A stretch of 64,000 nt of DNA, taken from positions 4,075-68,074 of the IMG/VR virus record IMGVR_UViG_3300025141_016386. One strand, 5' to 3'. A program made the position numbers and the translations under genes. This document shows positions 1-10,300 of the stretch, in pieces. The stretch is from a virus. Numbering within the stretch: position 1 is the stretch's first letter; every line of letters starts with the position of its first letter. The notes beneath the pieces were generated by a model. It was not told where the DNA came from, did no database searches, and saw nothing but the letters and a program-made list of their open reading frames with translations.

Positions 1-299
1 TGTTCAAAATTGTCTTCACCCCCTTCCTCGAAAAGGCTTTCGAAGTCATTTAGGTCTGCCTTGTCTCCAGAAAACGCCTTCCACGCTTCTCGGTCTTTTT
101 GTGAACCAAATTTGCGGACCAATCGATAAAGATTTCTACCCTTCTGATCACAAACCCAGCACTTGTAGACACCGCGATGGATGTTGACAGAGAATTTCCT
201 TTTGTGATGTTTACAATAAGGGCATTGAAAAAGATGCTCATCGTTTGACTTGTAATAAGAGCCAAGAACATTAGATAATAGAGAGATTTTTTCTTTCAT
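1..299 (-). CDS. DNA primase, N-terminal CHC2-type zinc-binding domain (partial, runs off left edge)
   Basis: Hand translation from ATG at 299: MKEKISLLSNVLGSYYKSNDEHLFQCPYCKHHKRKFSVNIHRGVYKCWVCDQKGRNLYRLV..., open to base 1. CPxC...CxxC-xx-G pattern of DnaG zinc domains. Absent from the ORF track. Downstream of a sigma70 promoter. Confidence 0.8.
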   Translation of the reverse strand, partial: MKEKISLLSNVLGSYYKSNDEHLFQCPYCKHHKRKFSVNIHRGVYKCWVCDQKGRNLYRLVRKFGSQKDREAWKAFSGDKADLNDFESLFEEGGEDNFE

Positions 300-305
300 A
301 CCCTT

Positions 306-334
306 AGTATAGCATCTGATATCTTCTTTGTCAA
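306..334 (-). promoter_or_regulatory. sigma70-type promoter for primase
   Basis: Minus strand TTGACA-17 nt-TATACT. Confidence 0.8.
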
Positions 335-350
335 GAACTATTTTAGCTTT

Positions 351-944
351 TTACTCTGGCTCTTCGACAGCGTATCCTTTTTTTCCAAATAAATTCTTAT
401 TATTGACAAATTTCTTTATCATGGTATCAATATCTGGTATCGGAGCATCCGGATTGGCGTTCATCTGTGTTTTCACATCTTTAAACATTTTTTCCATAAA
501 TTCTTTTTCTAAACCATCATCAACTAGTTTTTGAAGGCCGTCGTCTAAATTGAATGCGTCTAAAACTGGAGTTGCCTTGGTGACCTCATCCGGCTCTTGC
601 GCATATGCTTTATATAATCCCTTCACCCTCAGGGCTATATTTTTGGTGGCGGCGATAGTACCAACAAAAGGTACAAAAGAAGCCGCCAGATCTATCACGT
701 CGCTGCCCAAATCTTTTGCTAATTGAGCTTGCTTTTCTCGATTTATCTTTCCTTCTTTTGACGCCTTGGCAATTTCCAGGGCTTTGCTCAACTGTCTCCA
801 GGTTACTTTTCCGGACTTCATTTTCTCTCTTGACTGGGTGCGCTCATCTTCCTGATCCTGTCTTTGCGCCTCCTCTTCCCATCCTTCTTTTATTTCTGAT
901 GTATAATTTCTCCAACTTTCCATCAATAACTTCATTTTAGACAT
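351..944 (-). CDS. hypothetical protein, possible internal head protein
   Basis: ORF 351..1037 overlaps RuvC. Start moved to ATG 944 (MSKMKLLMESW) on the basis of a GGGAG SD and the late motif at 966-974. Confidence 0.6.
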   Translation of the reverse strand: MSKMKLLMESWRNYTSEIKEGWEEEAQRQDQEDERTQSREKMKSGKVTWRQLSKALEIAKASKEGKINREKQAQLAKDLGSDVIDLAASFVPFVGTIAATKNIALRVKGLYKAYAQEPDEVTKATPVLDAFNLDDGLQKLVDDGLEKEFMEKMFKDVKTQMNANPDAPIPDIDTMIKKFVNNKNLFGKKGYAVEEPE

Positions 945-951
945 TTTTAGA

Positions 952-1464
952 CTATCTCCCTTGTAATAAATAGTGTCCAGCGCGTGCAACAACAATTGCA
1001 TCTGCAATATCATAGCAATATTTTTGAACATTGCCATGGCGCGTGTAAATAATCTCGAACTCTTTGCTTTTAATGAAGTGCTCCATGACGACTTCCTTCG
1101 CCTTTTTGCCTCTTGCGACCTTTATTCCACACTTTGACCTTGCCGAGATGGGGGTTACATAGTTTGGTTCCATATCGAAGAGCTGATAGCATTGCCAAGA
1201 GATAATGCCGTTGAATCTCTGGAGAACTGACATAGTTTTTGCTGTCGAGCCTCCTCGTCGGAAGAACATTAGAGCCTGTTCAATAAAGATGTGCTCAATA
1301 TTATGTTCCTTTTTTATTTCTTTGAGGGAGTCTTGAACTTTTTGAGCTTTTTCGAAGAAGTTTCCGGTTTTTCGCAAGTCGATATACTCCGTATGGACGA
1401 TTTTGTTGTCGTTCATGACGCATACTCCGACTATGCTTGTGCTTATGTCTAATCCTAATATCAT
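952..1464 (-). CDS. RuvC-like Holliday junction resolvase
   Basis: RNase H-fold catalytic motifs ILGLDIS, IFIEQ, DIADA. Confidence 0.8.
   Translation of the reverse strand: MILGLDISTSIVGVCVMNDNKIVHTEYIDLRKTGNFFEKAQKVQDSLKEIKKEHNIEHIFIEQALMFFRRGGSTAKTMSVLQRFNGIISWQCYQLFDMEPNYVTPISARSKCGIKVARGKKAKEVVMEHFIKSKEFEIIYTRHGNVQKYCYDIADAIVVARAGHYLLQGR
966..974 (-). promoter_or_regulatory. putative late promoter ACTATTTAT
   Basis: About 22 nt upstream of ATG 944; the same motif recurs at similar spacing before other genes. Confidence 0.55.
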
Positions 1465-2639
1465 TGCAAGTCTAATTTTAACTTAAAAGTGAAGTCCCTG
1501 TCAAGTGTTTTTTTCACCGGTTTAGAGACCGACGCTATTCCTATGAGGTTTTTATCTTCATCATAAATGCCAACCTTTGTAATAAAAGTTGTTTTTTCAA
1601 AAGTTGCAGCGGGATCGGAATACGGACTCTTTACTATGTTTTTTATGGGCTGGCTAGTTTCATTGAAAGAAAGACTATTGTATTCAAAGAAACTTGCTGT
1701 GGCCTGGTGTCTCACATACGTCGGATTATTTGAATGATTAAGTTCGCCCTTTTCTGCGTGGGCTAGCATCGTCAGAGTTTCAATATAATTGATTCCCTCG
1801 AAGTCCATACGATAATTCACATGCGGAATTGCAGTACCCGACATATCGTTCATCCCGACTCCATAAAATAACCAGGAAGAGGGCATAAGAGAAGTTGGAT
1901 CTTCTAGATAATTTCGAGTGACACCTCCGGCCTCTAGGTCCCAACTCCCCGTCAACAGCAAGAACCCCTCGTTATACAATGCAATACCTGCAACAGATCC
2001 GGATCCAGTGCTGCCCGAAGGGCCGACCTGAATTAATTCTCCGTTTCTATTAACATCTTGAAGTTCGGCGATTAAAGTACCTGACACATAATATTTCAGA
2101 CTTATGGTTCCATTTTCTTTATTTATAGATGAGCCATAAAATATTGATGGAATAGAAATGAGGTTTATTGTCTGCGTTGCTTTATCGCCATATGATGAGC
2201 TAAATTGGTAATGTGGACTCCAATAAGTGTATGAATTTAGGGTCGTCTTTAGGGCACTTACTTTCCTTCTTCCGATCGGGCCTATAATATAATTTCTACT
2301 GACGCTGGCTGAAAGAGGGTATGATCCAGTTATCACGTCTCCATAAGCGAATTCGGAATTAAAAGAGTTCGTAGAAATTGTTCTAAAGCTTGTCAATGTT
2401 CCGTCTTTTGTCACGAACGGATAAATTAAGCCAGTTTGAGTCGGATTCCTATCGACGTTTAATTCATAGAGAGACTTGAATCCGGTTGGAATACAAGGGA
2501 CGCTCCCAGTAAAGGCGCCAGAGATCTCAGATGCATTTTGGAAGTATACTTTCCCGCCGTAAACATCAAATTGGTTCTTTGGGTTGGCCTTCAGGGTATT
2601 ATTAAAAATGTCATCAGCGCCAAATTTCTTAAGAGGCAT
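1461..2639 (-). CDS. virion structural protein (tail/baseplate, fibre-attachment-like C-terminus)
   Basis: C-terminal FITKVGIYDEDKNLIGIASVSKPVKK..FKLKLD; paralogous to the neighbouring gene; S/T/G-rich. Confidence 0.6.
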   Translation of the reverse strand: MPLKKFGADDIFNNTLKANPKNQFDVYGGKVYFQNASEISGAFTGSVPCIPTGFKSLYELNVDRNPTQTGLIYPFVTKDGTLTSFRTISTNSFNSEFAYGDVITGSYPLSASVSRNYIIGPIGRRKVSALKTTLNSYTYWSPHYQFSSSYGDKATQTINLISIPSIFYGSSINKENGTISLKYYVSGTLIAELQDVNRNGELIQVGPSGSTGSGSVAGIALYNEGFLLLTGSWDLEAGGVTRNYLEDPTSLMPSSWLFYGVGMNDMSGTAIPHVNYRMDFEGINYIETLTMLAHAEKGELNHSNNPTYVRHQATASFFEYNSLSFNETSQPIKNIVKSPYSDPAATFEKTTFITKVGIYDEDKNLIGIASVSKPVKKTLDRDFTFKLKLDLQ

Positions 2640-2655
2640 CTGTTAAACCTCCGAT

Positions 2656-3633
2656 TTAATAATCGAGCCTAACGCGGAAGATTAATTCGGTAGCAGGATC
2701 TTTCTTGAGTGGTTCAGATAATTTTGCTACCGCAAGAAGTTCATTATCTGGAGAATAGAGTCCGACAGTCGTAATATAAGAACACGGAGGTTGGGAAACG
2801 TTGTTGTTTTTGACAATTATTTGACTTTGAGACAGATATGTCTGATTCGAGCTATAATTATACTCATTATTTGCGGCGCGGCAGAAGTAAATAGTTGAAT
2901 TTAATTCTGTCGTGTTTTGAAAATCATTATCATCCCACATTCGTCGGACTTCATCTGCGGCGCCAGTTATAGACAAGGCCGAGGCCCAATCTTGCGAAGA
3001 TGAAAAGAACGAAGATGTAAGTGCGACAACGCCGGCTTGATAAAATACAAGACCAACAGAGTCTCCATAGGGGACTGCGGAAGATGTGTATAGTAGGCCA
3101 AACTCGCCGGCTGGTGAGTTTACACGGTAATCAGTATTTGCTCCATAGTCCCCCACTGTCTCAAAAGAAGACCCACTCTGCATCGTGAGAGTATAGGATT
3201 GCTTCTTTATTTCATCTTTTACTAATAGTCTTGAGTAATTTAGAAAAACACACTCGTCCATGACACCGGACATAGCCGAGGCGCCGAGCCAATTTCCATC
3301 TGAATCAAATTTTCTAATTGAACCGGTCTGGTCGTATCCAACCAAAATTTGGGCCATCTGATTATAAATATTTATTTTTTTTGCGTTCATGGGGTTACTA
3401 GCAGAAAGGGTCGATGAATAGCCATAAGAAATATCAAAAATATGGTTTGCGGATGATGATAGATATGGGTAATCATAAACACTCTCAAACATCCCATGAA
3501 CGTAGGTTTTGATATTAGCATCGTTGCTGTAGGTTCCGGAAACTACTGTTCCGGTAATTGGAATTGCTTCATTTAGCAAAGTTCTTGTCATTGCGACATC
3601 ATTATTTAATAATGTTTTGAAAATAGTGGCCAT
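2656..3633 (-). CDS. virion structural protein (tail/baseplate, fibre-attachment-like C-terminus)
   Basis: C-terminal YITTVGLYSPDNELLAVAKLSEPLKKD..FRVRLDY; AAGGA SD. Confidence 0.6.
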   Translation of the reverse strand: MATIFKTLLNNDVAMTRTLLNEAIPITGTVVSGTYSNDANIKTYVHGMFESVYDYPYLSSSANHIFDISYGYSSTLSASNPMNAKKINIYNQMAQILVGYDQTGSIRKFDSDGNWLGASAMSGVMDECVFLNYSRLLVKDEIKKQSYTLTMQSGSSFETVGDYGANTDYRVNSPAGEFGLLYTSSAVPYGDSVGLVFYQAGVVALTSSFFSSSQDWASALSITGAADEVRRMWDDNDFQNTTELNSTIYFCRAANNEYNYSSNQTYLSQSQIIVKNNNVSQPPCSYITTVGLYSPDNELLAVAKLSEPLKKDPATELIFRVRLDY

Positions 3634-3665
3634 CGTTTATCCTTTAAAATCTTAAGTGTACCAAG

Positions 3666-4640
3666 TTACCCTCGGCACTGGGCTGCCTCAACCGTCTTGA
3701 CGTATCTCACAGGAACGTCAATTTGAAAACCTGTTGTGAGACCAGTAACTCTCACTACCGAATCGATATAATACATAGTATTGTCACCAGTTGCACCAAT
3801 GTTGCCTGCATCGAAAGTGCCGCCCAATCTCGTAAAAAAGCTTGTGTTAGTTTGCAGGTTTGGGCTCACTTGAATTTGGAATTCCAAAATTGTCCCGCGT
3901 GCACCGGAGATCACCTGGTATTCTGCTCCCTTTTCTGAATTATCCGTAACGAAACTGCTGTTAACATTTCTAGATAAATAGTAAGAAGCTATTTGGTCAT
4001 CATCGATGAACGATGGAACCGCGAGGGTTGCGCCTTTTTTATCAATAATCTGGCCAAACCGCGAGTCCATTTCAATCAAATATTGATTTTCATAGAATTC
4101 GGTAGAAGGGAGACCATTGGAGGGCACTACTAGAGAATTATCTATTCCCTGATCGAGCCTGATATGTGTTCTCAATTGGGAGGGGTCGGCTCCCTGCAAA
4201 ATCCCATCCGTTGCGAGATTCCAGTTAGCTCTAGGGCCTAGGGGAAGGCTGGTTGGGGCGCCCAAGGCGCAGCTCGTTTCAGAGTCAGCTGCCACCAAAA
4301 ATGTGTTAAAAGATGTATTATATTCCGTCCCCACTTGGAGATTATTTAATTTTATAACTGGCAAATACAGGTGGGTTTGATTATTCGTGTAAGTCTGTAA
4401 AAAGGAGTGCATCAAAGAAGTATTGTTAGTAAAAGCTTCCAAGACCGGCGTCTGCATGATCTCCAAATCTTTTTCCCCTGCTGGCGCTGCGCCGTCATAG
4501 GTGCCATAATTTATTTCGTCGTCGCCTAGAGCAAATTTAACAATTCGAAAAGACCCGTCTCCTCGTGCCAACCTCTTTCTTCCCGTATCAGTCAGGACTG
4601 CGTCTAAGATGATATCACCGCTATTGTCTAAAAATGCCAT
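3666..4640 (-). CDS. virion structural protein
   Basis: N-terminal AVLTDTGRKRLARG..IVKFALGDDE resembles tail-collar/fibre N-termini; GAGGAG SD and late motif upstream. Confidence 0.6.
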   Translation of the reverse strand: MAFLDNSGDIILDAVLTDTGRKRLARGDGSFRIVKFALGDDEINYGTYDGAAPAGEKDLEIMQTPVLEAFTNNTSLMHSFLQTYTNNQTHLYLPVIKLNNLQVGTEYNTSFNTFLVAADSETSCALGAPTSLPLGPRANWNLATDGILQGADPSQLRTHIRLDQGIDNSLVVPSNGLPSTEFYENQYLIEMDSRFGQIIDKKGATLAVPSFIDDDQIASYYLSRNVNSSFVTDNSEKGAEYQVISGARGTILEFQIQVSPNLQTNTSFFTRLGGTFDAGNIGATGDNTMYYIDSVVRVTGLTTGFQIDVPVRYVKTVEAAQCRG

Positions 4641-4658
4641 TAGTATTCTCCTCTCTCT

Positions 4659-4667
4659 ATAAATAGT
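4659..4667 (-). promoter_or_regulatory. putative late promoter ACTATTTAT
   Basis: Intergenic, about 19 nt upstream of ATG 4640. Confidence 0.6.
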
Positions 4668-4683
4668 ATTATACTAATTAAAA

Positions 4684-7311
4684 TTACAATTCATTTTCTA
4701 CTTTAAAAGTTACGTTTAAATCCAATTTTTTACCAGTATGCCTAGAAATGAGCCGAATTTTGAAAGTTTGGCCGGTTTCACTGTCCCCGAAAAGCCTTGG
4801 GCTCTCAGTTCCCAAAACAATGTCTGGCTTATGTTTTGCCACACTATTAACCAAAAGGCCCGTCTCGGAGATTAAGCCTGAAGCCTCATAATCAATTTGT
4901 ATTTGCGGAAGGGATGGAACTATTTGTAAGAATTTTTTGAATTCTATAGAATTTTGTTTCGGCTTTTCTGGAGGGCGCATTTCAATTATTTCGACCAAGG
5001 GATAAATTGCCCCAGAATCATTAATAATCATCACCTTATATACCGGCGATGGGTAAGATTTATGATTATGTATGTCAACAGACCTTACCATATAATAATA
5101 TTCCGTATTGGGAACGATTGTGTCTTCGTATGAGGAATCCCAAGAGTAAATTGCTCTAGAGGAGTCACTCTGAAGAGTTGATACCGCGCTTTTGAGATTA
5201 TTTGAAAAATCTTCATATGAAATTGGTGCCTTTTCCATCCTATAAATCTCAAAGGCAACAGTTTCATCATCTGTTTTATATGTCACGGGAGAGTCTATTG
5301 ACATGCCTCGCGAATTTTGGAGGGATTCGATAAAATCAAAATCTTCTGAATTTAAAATTACCGGACTATTTGTGTATTCCCCTATTTGAGAGTGCATATT
5401 GATGGTCACCTTATTGTCTACCCCCACATAAGTTATAAAATTAATATCAGGAATCATCGGAGGGTCATCCAAGATTGATCCATCAAAATCAAATAAATGA
5501 GTCTTGATGAGGTCTATGGTTGGCTCCGTAATGACATCAATTTGAAAATAGTCAACGTTGATATCCGGTGCTGAGCCCGGATTCTGCCCAAAATCGAGTT
5601 TTGGATCCGCGACCTGGCGCGCGCCGGTCAGACGCGAGTCCGAAAAAGATCTTTTGGACCCCGCAATTGCGGGCCCCGCAAAATCCGGTGCTGAGCCTGG
5701 ATTCTGCCCAAAATCGAGTTTTGGATCCGCGACCTGCCGCGCACCGGTCAAACGCGAGTCCGAAAAAGATCTTGTTGGGGAAACGAAAGAGGTCTGAAAT
5801 GTTGACATGTCGTAAAAATATCTTGTTCCCACTACAGCACTATAAGCAAACACTCTGTAGAAATATTGCTTATTATATTTCACCTGGGTATCAACATATT
5901 CAACTGGATCAACCTGATTGATGTTTGGGATCCAAATATTTTGAATTGGAGTTGGTGCGTCCGGAGAGGTGTATTTCTCTACCTTATAGAAGACTATTTC
6001 CGAATAACTTTTTTGACCTGCATTTAATTCCTCAAAAGATCTCAAGTTGTCCCTTGTGATGTCCTTTATTTTTCCGAGAAAAATAGCTGACGATAGAATT
6101 TGCTGTAGCGCGGACGTGTTTCCTTTCGCAATATTGATGGATAATGTTTCTGATCCCAAATAGATTTTATTATCTGTTGCAAATTCTGTTGTTAACCCTT
6201 CTAAGATCGTAGTAAGGTCACGCGACCAATCCAACAGATTTAAGGTTTCCAGACTGATGGTTGTTGTGACATCCTCGTGGTCATCTTCATGCACGTGTGT
6301 TGGGTCAATGTGTTCCTCGTGGTCATCTCTTATCTGTGTTTTTTGAAAAAATTTGCTCTCTTTGGCACTCGTATCAAAACTTTGGCGGCTGGCAAGATCT
6401 ATTAGTGTGGCGTCCAAGTTGGATTTGTTTAGGGCGTCATAAAAGACCGTCATTCCGGAAATAACAGAGTTGTTTGGGGATAATTTAATTTCTAGAGGAA
6501 ATACTTTATCGTATCCGTTAAGGGCTTCAAGATCTTCATAGTTATCCATAGAAATTATAATATTTTCATATGATTTATCTGCCGACGAAGGTGATATATT
6601 GCTCGCGTATTCATCTAAGAAGGAATCAGGAGGAGGTCCATTGGTTGTTATTATTTTATAAAAATTAGGAAGAGACAACTCCGATATTGACGGTGCGCTT
6701 GTTGCATCTTCATAGCTCTTTTCTAAAAAATTTATAAGAAATTCTTCCTTAACCTCATTTGATCCCCGAAGCGGATTTGTGGTGGTAGAAAAATCCTTTA
6801 CCACGATTGGAGGGATCACATCATATACGATATCCTGTATTGGGAAATCCGATGTGTGGTTTTTAAAATAATCAACAAAATTCGCCTCTACATATCCTTG
6901 AAAGTCGGATTGCGGGTCGGCAGTAGAAGTCTGAAGCCCTGGTAATTTTTTAGAGATGGGGCGCCCTAAACTCTGGTTGTAGCCGGATGATCCCGGTTGT
7001 TTTTGCTTTTGACTAATAGGGTCGAAGTAAGCGCTGGTTCCCATCTCTGGATTGGTGGTTGCTATTCCGGTTTCTGAATTTGATCTCGCAGAGACACCGA
7101 ATGATGCATCTTTAATAATCTTTATCCTTTGCCTTTTCTGATAAAGGGAGGTCGGGCTATCCGTCATTATTGAATTTGAATAGGAAGGTATTAACTTAGT
7201 CGGGGATCCCAGAACTGATGTTCCAAAGTGTGCACCTATCCAATAGGAATTTATTTCCATCCTCAAAGGATCATCAATGTCTAAAACGTATGTTATTCTT
7301 CTATCTTCCAT
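4684..7311 (-). CDS. large putative virion protein with FN3-like segments and inserted repeats
   Basis: 875 aa; FN3-like strands YVDTQVKYNKQYFYRVFAY and YEDTIVPNTEYYYMVRSVD; lies in the structural module. Confidence 0.55.
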   Translation of the reverse strand: MEDRRITYVLDIDDPLRMEINSYWIGAHFGTSVLGSPTKLIPSYSNSIMTDSPTSLYQKRQRIKIIKDASFGVSARSNSETGIATTNPEMGTSAYFDPISQKQKQPGSSGYNQSLGRPISKKLPGLQTSTADPQSDFQGYVEANFVDYFKNHTSDFPIQDIVYDVIPPIVVKDFSTTTNPLRGSNEVKEEFLINFLEKSYEDATSAPSISELSLPNFYKIITTNGPPPDSFLDEYASNISPSSADKSYENIIISMDNYEDLEALNGYDKVFPLEIKLSPNNSVISGMTVFYDALNKSNLDATLIDLASRQSFDTSAKESKFFQKTQIRDDHEEHIDPTHVHEDDHEDVTTTISLETLNLLDWSRDLTTILEGLTTEFATDNKIYLGSETLSINIAKGNTSALQQILSSAIFLGKIKDITRDNLRSFEELNAGQKSYSEIVFYKVEKYTSPDAPTPIQNIWIPNINQVDPVEYVDTQVKYNKQYFYRVFAYSAVVGTRYFYDMSTFQTSFVSPTRSFSDSRLTGARQVADPKLDFGQNPGSAPDFAGPAIAGSKRSFSDSRLTGARQVADPKLDFGQNPGSAPDINVDYFQIDVITEPTIDLIKTHLFDFDGSILDDPPMIPDINFITYVGVDNKVTINMHSQIGEYTNSPVILNSEDFDFIESLQNSRGMSIDSPVTYKTDDETVAFEIYRMEKAPISYEDFSNNLKSAVSTLQSDSSRAIYSWDSSYEDTIVPNTEYYYMVRSVDIHNHKSYPSPVYKVMIINDSGAIYPLVEIIEMRPPEKPKQNSIEFKKFLQIVPSLPQIQIDYEASGLISETGLLVNSVAKHKPDIVLGTESPRLFGDSETGQTFKIRLISRHTGKKLDLNVTFKVENEL
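5563..5773. repeat. in-frame direct repeat, 2 x 91 bp at period 120, palindromic spacer
   Basis: Copies at 5563-5653 and 5683-5773 encode RSFSDSRLTGARQVADPKLDFGQNPGSAPD; the spacer contains the palindrome CCCGCAATTGCGGG. Confidence 0.95.
6997..7084. repeat. dispersed 88-bp coding repeat, copy 1
   Basis: Matches 9110-9197 with one mismatch; encodes SNSETGIATTNPEMGTSAYFDPISQKQKQ. Confidence 0.95.
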
Positions 7312-7312
7312 C

Positions 7313-10300
7313 TTAAGTTATTTTCCTCGACCCAACACTAATTGATTTTAGTGCTTGCGTTGGGATTTCTTCTATCGTCGCCCCCTTGGGCTCTTTTACA
7401 CTTCTCTTTGCCTCCCTAGAAGGTGCACGACCTGTTTCGCTACCTCGATGGTCGATATGTGCAGAACCGGGAGGTGCCGATAGAGAGGCCTCATTTCTTG
7501 TGATTAAGAAATAGGTATTTACCTCAACCATATTTAATCCAAATGGGGTGTCGGGATTGTCCTTCCTCTCTACCATACACAAAAGAACATCAGATTTATT
7601 GTTTTTATTTTTCAAGTTCCTCAAAATTTTAGACCACTCTTCCTTAGTGGGCGTTTTAAAGACTGGTCTTTTTATCATAAAATTACCATTACTATCATTT
7701 TTATATCCCGCGAAAACAGAAATGTTAGCTGCCATACCCTGAGTAAGGCTTTGTTTTGGCGAATCTTTGGGAGAGCTTGTTGAGTTTGACCTGTTTTTTA
7801 TAAATCTTCCGGCGCGCCCACGAGAAGGGGAACCATTGGCTCTTGGAGTCGATGTATCAAATTTTCCGTTCGTGGCCATAATGTTTGCCAATTCTTGAAA
7901 GAGGGGTCCTGCATTGGATTCATTTTTATATAATTCCATCGCCGTTGCGCCATCGTCGGTGGTGGACGATTGGTCACATGATGCACCCTGTGGCGGCCTT
8001 GTACTTTTACTCTGCAAATCATCGGGGCCCAAGATATCTGATACCGGAATATTCAAAGATATCTTATTTTGACCTTTTGTTAAATTTTCTTGCGCTGCCA
8101 TAGGGGTGCGGATAGGCTCGACTTGAACGTTCAGAACACTCATCAGATGACCTAAATTGCCTTGATTTGTCGAATTGGTCGACGGTATGTGGCCAATAGA
8201 CTGTGCTACAACTTTATTTTGAAATTCTGAATATTGCGACGGCTCATCATAATTATCTACTGCGATGGAGCGCTCTATATACGTCCCATCATTTGCGTCA
8301 AGAATCCCCGGAGTTATTTGGGGGATGACTGGCGCCTGAGCTGGGGACGGCAATATCGTGTGTTGGACCTCTGTCAGTTCCTGGCTATCCTCGGGGGCCA
8401 GAGGTGCGCTGGTGACGGCGGATTTGGCGGCCTCCACCATCCCTTCTTCATCTTCCAGCCTATCTTCAAAAGTGCCAACAGTTACTGCCGCCACGGTCGT
8501 CTCTTTTTCGTCGAGGGCCATTTTATCGGCATTTAAACTATCAAGATCTCCCTGTGCAGCGTATGGTGTGCCGGCGGGTGGATTTGGAGCGGATTTGGTG
8601 CCGCGTGAGTTGGCGAAGCCAATATAATCCACGGACGGAAATGTAGATAGTCGTGCGTCAAATAGCTCAACAAAATAGTCCTCAAGTTCGATTACCGAAA
8701 CCTTCGAATTCCTGGGTGTTCCTCTACGCTTTGTTGAGGAATCTGGTATTTCTATCTCTGCGCTTGGGCCCATCATATCTCTGATTTTTTGAGTTAATAA
8801 GTCTATGGCGTCGATAACTGAAAGAATAGTCTCTGAAGTAGCTATCGCCGGGTTCAACGAGCTGCGGAGCGAGAAGGCTGCTGACTTTGGATCAAAGGAG
8901 CTGGAGTATTTCTGCGGTTGGATTAGACCAGGGCCTTGATCACGCGTGGGACCCTCTAGGGTGGATTTTTTTGAAAAGGAGCTGGAGTATTTCTGCGGTT
9001 GGATTAGACCAGGGCCTTGATCACGCGTGGGACCCTCTAGGGTGGATTTTTTTGAGCCCACAGTCTTCATTGTGAACCCCAAACTCGGGTTGTGGCCGGG
9101 TGTCGCGAATTGTTTTTGCTTTTGACTAATAGGGTCGAAGTAAGCGCTGGTTCCCATCTCTGGATTGGTGGGTGCTATTCCGGTTTCTGAATTTGATTCT
9201 AATTTTGCTTGCGTTGTCATGAGGGAGGAGGAAGTTTGAATTCTTTTTGATGTAGATAAAAATGAAAAATCAGAGATTGCCGTGAGGGTGTCGACGATAT
9301 ATGCCGGAGCGAGAATCCACGGGTATAGCCGCTCTTTATCTTTCAGATTTCCAATTAACATTCCCATTTCTCTTCCCAACCCTGCAATTTCTGCCCTCTG
9401 CTCTCGGTCTACTCGGTCGCGTCGATGAGAGGATAATTCATCTAACAAGACGTCATAATATTCTTTAACAGATTTTATTCTTTCATAACTCTTTGTTGGT
9501 ATTTGAACTAAATTATAATATCCCACCAGATATTCCCTAATTGATCTAAGTCTCTTGAGCCTCTCATTTAAGAATCGGATTGTGCCGTCTTCTATTTGTA
9601 TTTTTACGCCGTATTGAAATGTTCCGTCTGTAAGATCCCGGATTGATGTGTCAGTGACTGCTATTGTTTTTGTTTGGCGGGGGGAATTACTTATCGGCGG
9701 CAGTTCTTTTATGCCTCCTATTAGATTATTTTTCTTGTTACCTCTCAAGAATCTCCCCGCCCCAAACGCCCTCATTTCTTTTAGGGCGTTGTTTTTTGAT
9801 TGATCGGAATAAGTTTCCACGATTATTTGAGTTTCAAGATTTAATTCACTCCTACTTATTCCAAGATTTGCCGAAGATAACCTATTATATCCCCTTGCGA
9901 CCTCAACCTGCCTTCTTGTGATTTGCAGATTTGTTATTTTTGAATATAAACTTATTTTTTGCTTTGTTTCACGCGAGACAAAAGGGTTTGTTAAAATTTT
10001 CCCGAATTTACTCTCCTTAATAAGGGTATTTTCATAATCAAATTCAAAAATAAATTTACAATTATTATTTCTATCCCTGGATAAGAACGCGTTCGAAATA
10101 TACGCATCTGGATTTTCGATTGAATTGTCAAAAACATCCCTGCCTTTAATAACTATTGGGGAAGTTCTGGATTGTACCAAATTCACATTGAGGCTCGGCA
10201 TTTTACGAAGTATTCTGAGGTCTTGTATTTTTGTATTTTCTACCTCTATTTTTTCCAAATCTATTTTTGGAGATGCTTGCTTTAACTGGGGGGCGCCATT

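Noticed and set aside
50-271. 73-aa minus-strand ORF from the track
   Set aside because: Shadow frame of the primase zinc-finger gene (1-299), which has the promoter and recognisable motifs.
5563-9197. Repeats as a CRISPR array or as DGR template/variable repeats
   Set aside because: Units are 81-120 bp, in frame and present in only two copies, with no unique spacers. There is no reverse transcriptase in the window and no adenine-specific mismatch pattern (the dispersed pair has a single mismatch).
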